From positions 416,001 to 480,000 of the forward strand of contig OY764159.1 of the NCBI GenBank assembly GCA_963668175.1: a stretch of 64,000 bases of DNA, written 5' to 3'. The notes beneath the pieces were generated by a model. The model was not told where the DNA came from. It saw only the letters and a list, made by a program, of their open reading frames with translations, and searched no databases. This stretch comes from Syntrophales bacterium. Lineage in GTDB: Bacteria; Desulfobacterota; Syntrophia; Syntrophales; PHBD01. Shown in pieces: positions 60,003 through 64,000 of this stretch (its first letter is position 1; the number at the start of each line of letters is the position of its first letter). The position numbers were made by a program, and so were the translations under genes.

Positions 60003-61220
60003 TCAAGAACTTTTCCGCCCATATTTCCCGATAATGGTCATGGCGCAGACATTCTGGTGGGGGAAGCCGCCGAGATTGTGCGTCAGGCCGTAACGGGGGC
60101 TTTCCAGCTGGCGCTCGCCGGCCCGGCCGAGCAGTTGCAGGTACATCTCATAAATCATCCTCAGACCGGAAGCGCCGATGGGGTGGCCGAAGCATTTCAA
60201 GCCGCCGTCGACCTGGGCGGGTATCGTACCGTCCCGGTCATAGAAGCCGTCCAGGGCATCGCGCCAGGCGCGGCCCGGTTCCGAGATATGGAGGTCTTCG
60301 TAAGTAACCAGTTCCGTTATGGAAAAGCAGTCATGAAGTTCCATCATGCCGATCTCCTCGCAGGGCCGGGTGATGCCTGCCTCCTGGTAAGCCCGGGTGC
60401 TGCACTTGCGCGTCGTGATGAAATGGTCGCCTTCCCATTCGTTAAATCCCGCTTCATAGCCGTTGCTCACGGCCAGCTCCACGGCCTTAACCGTGACGAT
60501 GTCCTTTTTTCCCATTGCCCTGGCGATCTCCGGCGTGGTCACAACGGCGCAGGCGCAGCCGTCGCTCACACCGCAGCAGTCAAAGAGTCCCAGGGGATGG
60601 GCAATGATCGGCGCCGAGAGGACCTGGTCCATCGTGACCGGTTTGCGCAGGTGCGCCTTGGGATTCAAGGCCCCGTTCGCGTGGCTTTTCACCGATACAT
60701 GGGCGATGGCGCGCTTCAAGTCCGCCTCCAATACGCCGTGCCTGCCGCCATAGGCGGTGGCGATCTGGGCAAAGAGACCCGGTGCCGTGAGATTGGGCAT
60801 CCATTGCCAGTAGAGCGATCCGAAACCGGAACCCGGATTCGGAAGTCCGCCGTATCCCGTATCCTTGAGTTTCTCGACACCGATGGCGAGACAAATATCG
60901 TAAGCACCGGATGCAACACCGTAAACGGCGCCGCGGAAGGCCTCCGTGCCGGTTGCACAGAAGTTTTCCACCCGGGTGATGGGGACGTTGGGCAGACGGA
61001 GGGCAACCCCGACGGGAGCTGCCGATTTGCCGATCCCGATCTCCTCCATGCACGTCCCGAACCATACCGCCTCAATCTGCCCGGGTTCGATGGCCGCATC
61101 CCGGATGCCTTCCACAAAGGCTTCCACCATGAGCCCTTCGATGCCCACATCCCACCGCTCCCCGAACCGGGTACACCCCATGCCGATAACGGCCACCCTG
61201 TCTCTGATGCCCGAGCCCAT
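60003..61220 (-). CDS. SCP2-type thiolase / acetyl-CoA acetyltransferase
   Basis: VENFCATG (catalytic Cys), HDCF, GHPIGASG and HNLGG motifs; GGGAGGT RBS before ATG 61220. Confidence 0.9.
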   Translation of the reverse strand: MGSGIRDRVAVIGMGCTRFGERWDVGIEGLMVEAFVEGIRDAAIEPGQIEAVWFGTCMEEIGIGKSAAPVGVALRLPNVPITRVENFCATGTEAFRGAVYGVASGAYDICLAIGVEKLKDTGYGGLPNPGSGFGSLYWQWMPNLTAPGLFAQIATAYGGRHGVLEADLKRAIAHVSVKSHANGALNPKAHLRKPVTMDQVLSAPIIAHPLGLFDCCGVSDGCACAVVTTPEIARAMGKKDIVTVKAVELAVSNGYEAGFNEWEGDHFITTRKCSTRAYQEAGITRPCEEIGMMELHDCFSITELVTYEDLHISEPGRAWRDALDGFYDRDGTIPAQVDGGLKCFGHPIGASGLRMIYEMYLQLLGRAGERQLESPRYGLTHNLGGFPHQNVCAMTIIGKYGRKSS

Positions 61221-61264
61221 ACCGAACCTCCCGTTATTACCGTCAGACAACGATATCCCGCCCC

Positions 61265-62740
61265 TTATTCCGTATCGCCCCGTTGCTCGGCGGCGTCATG
61301 AGGAACGGCCTTCCAGAAATAGCCGGAGAAACCGCGCTCGTCGTCGCAGAGCCTTTTCCGGAATGCCATGCGCACCCGCATTCCGACCCGGATGTCGTCA
61401 AGTTCGCAGTCGGTGAAATCGGCCATGAAACGGCCGCCCCCTTCAAACTGGATCATGCCGTAAATGGCCGGCGGATCGACCGACACGGCGAGACGATCCC
61501 CCGTAAAGGTCATGACATGGGCCGGCACGTCGGCAAACGGATAATCCTCCTGCGTATCGACTTTGCCGCATGCCGGATTGACGCAGATATCCATCCTGGG
61601 GAACTGAGGCGTTCCGCAAGCCTTACATTTTCCGCCTACGAGGCCCGTCAGCATCTTCCTGTTCCGCCACAGGGCTGTCATGGCGGTCTGGTTGGGGGCT
61701 TCCGCCCGGATGCCCATCTCCGGCCGGATCAAATCACGAAACTTGAGAAATTTCATATAATTGTCGCTTGCTTTCCGGCCGACCAGGGCCCCCTGGACAC
61801 CGGAACGCTTCTTCAAATCGGCGACGGCTTCCGTCACCCTGAAGTAGAGGGCGTCGCATCCCTGGCCGAAACCGGCCAGCAGAATGGTGTCGCCGGGGCG
61901 GGACCGTTCCAGAGCAGCGACAAACATCAGCAAGGCGTGGGCCGCCCCTGTTTCGCCGCACACATCCAACATGTTATCGACAAGCTGTTCCGGCGTTGCA
62001 CCAAGCTTCTTGCCGATGGCCTTGTGTTCCGCCTTGAAAAGACAAGGGAAAACCAGCTTGCCGACGTCTTTCATACGAAGATTGTATTTGGCGAAGAGCC
62101 CGTTAACGGCCTCCGGGATGAATTTGGCATATCCTTCCTCGCGCAGCCATCGTTCCTCCCACATGTAATCGTACTTTCGCTGCGCGCCCCGGTAATGGTC
62201 CACAAAATCGTACGAGACGGAATAGGACCCCTGAAATTCCGCGATCACGCGATTGTCGCCGACAAGCAGTGCGGCGGCGCCGTCCCCGAACCACATCTCG
62301 TGAAAGCTGGCTGGTCTTGTCTCCCGCTTATCCGAAGCCGCAACCAGGACATTGCGCCGACTGCCGGCCATGACGGCGTCGAGCGCCGCCAGCAGTCCGG
62401 TCGTTCCCGCCCGCAGGGAGGAGGCAAAGTCGGCGGTGATGATGTTCTCTCTTAAATTCAATGCCGTGGCCAGAATGCCGGCATTCTGGCGATCCGCAAA
62501 CGGCAGGGTCGTTGAACAGAGGTACACGCCGTCGATCGCCTCCCTGTCCTGACCGGTCAGGCAATCCCTGGAAGCGGCGACCGCCATGGTCAGGCTGTCT
62601 TCGTCGTGGTTGCACATGGACCGCTCTCCCTGGGCCGCCATGATAAGGGCCGGGGCAAACCAACCCATCGCCCGGTAAATGGCCGTGCGGTCCAATCGCA
62701 GTCTGGGGACATAGGCGCCGAACGCGGTAATACCTGCCAT
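61265..62740 (-). CDS. HMG-CoA-synthase-fold domain fused to a DUF35 (Zn-ribbon + OB-fold) domain
   Basis: GAYVPR, DEDSLTMAV, GDGAAA and GETGAA motifs; C-terminal CKACG...CVNPAC Zn ribbon and GMRVRMAFR...YFWKA. Confidence 0.85.
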   Translation of the reverse strand: MAGITAFGAYVPRLRLDRTAIYRAMGWFAPALIMAAQGERSMCNHDEDSLTMAVAASRDCLTGQDREAIDGVYLCSTTLPFADRQNAGILATALNLRENIITADFASSLRAGTTGLLAALDAVMAGSRRNVLVAASDKRETRPASFHEMWFGDGAAALLVGDNRVIAEFQGSYSVSYDFVDHYRGAQRKYDYMWEERWLREEGYAKFIPEAVNGLFAKYNLRMKDVGKLVFPCLFKAEHKAIGKKLGATPEQLVDNMLDVCGETGAAHALLMFVAALERSRPGDTILLAGFGQGCDALYFRVTEAVADLKKRSGVQGALVGRKASDNYMKFLKFRDLIRPEMGIRAEAPNQTAMTALWRNRKMLTGLVGGKCKACGTPQFPRMDICVNPACGKVDTQEDYPFADVPAHVMTFTGDRLAVSVDPPAIYGMIQFEGGGRFMADFTDCELDDIRVGMRVRMAFRKRLCDDERGFSGYFWKAVPHDAAEQRGDTE

Positions 62741-62851
62741 ACGGAAACCTCCTGTCTTATCGATTGCTGTTGTTGCTTGCACGTCAAGCCGGATCGACGC
62801 TCCGCCGCGGGAGCATCGCCGGTCGGGAATTCCCGGAATCTCTTCCGGAAT

Positions 62852-64000
62852 TCAAAAGGAGAAGAGTTTATCGATGAGCTGGGCTTTCATGAGATCCCCT
62901 TCAATCTTCAATTTGCCCGACGTAAAGGCTTTCATGGCGGAAAGTTTCTTATTCATGAGATCGAGGAAATCGGCCGATTCCATCTTCAGCGTACAGGAAG
63001 GTTTGGCATGGAGACCCGCGTTTACACTGCACTTGCCCTCCTGGACTTCGGCATACCATTCGCCGCCGCCTGCTCCGAAGACAACATACTGAAAGACGGC
63101 CTCCACGCCGGCCGCCGCTTCGGGCTTGAAGACTTTGGGCATCCGGTCGAACACCGTCTTGACATCGCTTATGCCTCCCCGCCCCAGTTCCACCTTGTCC
63201 GCCGCACCCCCGGTCTGCAGGGTCTCCATCAAATCGTTGACCATGAGGGTCAGGTGTTCGTATTCCCTGGCGCCTTTCATATTAACAATCTCTTCCCAGT
63301 GGGAGGCGATGTCCTCAACGGCCGGGACATCCTTGCCGGTGCCGAGGACGATGCCTGGCCCGGTGACGACGGCAGCGCGGTTATAGTAACCCATGCCGGC
63401 GTTATAGATATTCCCCGTGACCTGGCAACGGTCCGAGCAGAGATAGAGGACCAGCGGAGAGACGTATTCCGGCTTCATCTTCTCAAGCAGATCGGGAGGC
63501 AGGATATCCTCCGTCAGCCGGGAAGCGGCGATCGGGGCCACGGTATTCACCTTGATGCCGTATTTGCCGCCTTCCAGTTTGAGGGCATGCATGAAACCGA
63601 CCAGCCCCAACTTGGCCGAACTGTAATTGGTCTGGCCGAAATTGCCGTACAGGCCTGCCGCCGACGTGGTCATGACGATGCGTCCGTAACCCTGGTCCCG
63701 CATGGCCGCAAACGCCGGCCGGGTGACGTGGTAGGCGCCGTTAAGATGGACATCAACGACGGCCCGCCAATGCTCCGGCTCCATCTTGGCGATGCTTTTG
63801 TCCCTCAGGATACCGGCGTTGTTGATGAGGATGTCCAGCCGTCCGAAAGCATTGAGGGCCGTTTTGACGATCCCGTCGCCGCCTTCCGGCGTCGCCACCG
63901 AGTTATAGTCGGCCACGGCCTCACCGCCGGCGGCGCGAATCTCCGCCACGACCATGTCTGCCGGGGAACTGGAGCCGTCTCCCGCCCCGTCGCGGGCTCC
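62852..64000 (-). CDS. SDR (3-hydroxyacyl-CoA dehydrogenase, MFE-2-like) fused to a C-terminal SCP2 domain; 5' end outside the window
   Basis: [23 protein letters not shown] (YxxxK) and C-terminal [16 protein letters not shown]. Confidence 0.88.
   Translation of the reverse strand, partial: GARDGAGDGSSSPADMVVAEIRAAGGEAVADYNSVATPEGGDGIVKTALNAFGRLDILINNAGILRDKSIAKMEPEHWRAVVDVHLNGAYHVTRPAFAAMRDQGYGRIVMTTSAAGLYGNFGQTNYSSAKLGLVGFMHALKLEGGKYGIKVNTVAPIAASRLTEDILPPDLLEKMKPEYVSPLVLYLCSDRCQVTGNIYNAGMGYYNRAAVVTGPGIVLGTGKDVPAVEDIASHWEEIVNMKGAREYEHLTLMVNDLMETLQTGGAADKVELGRGGISDVKTVFDRMPKVFKPEAAAGVEAVFQYVVFGAGGGEWYAEVQEGKCSVNAGLHAKPSCTLKMESADFLDLMNKKLSAMKAFTSGKLKIEGDLMKAQLIDKLFSF

Noticed and set aside
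1..64000. tRNA, rRNA, CRISPR arrays, IS elements, prophage, selenocysteine read-through
   Set aside because: None recognised by eye: no transposase or integrase ORFs, no spaced direct-repeat arrays, and no gene that appears truncated at an in-frame TGA. tRNAscan and Infernal were not run.

Overview
Gene-dense bacterial chromosomal window with no rRNA, tRNA, CRISPR array or recognisable mobile element. Gene content and protein style suggest an anaerobic deltaproteobacterium (Syntrophales/Smithella-like; inference). In order: a signalling/transport block (MFS permease fused to periplasmic domains, solute-binding protein, LytS-5TM/PP2C phosphatase, multi-PAS LuxR regulator, PAS HD-GYP protein); pyk; phoB-pstCAB-phoU-phoR with a four-repeat Pho box but no pstS; a two-component pair; an iorAB-TRAP(dctPQM) operon; an orphan HEPN gene; a thiolase-like protein; a BtrH-like pair; mnmG; typA; hisHF; epmB-efp-epmA; tolQRAB; atoE; MoxR-VWA; HMG-CoA lyase; an L,D-transpeptidase; pdxST; and an acyl-CoA degradation cluster cut by the window end. 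The most notable signal is an unannotated Trp-Trp-Trp leader peptide with attenuator hairpins directly upstream of iorAB-dctPQM. It suggests a Trp-starvation-induced uptake and reductive-carboxylation (salvage) route to tryptophan. All product calls come from reading motifs by eye; no database searches were run.
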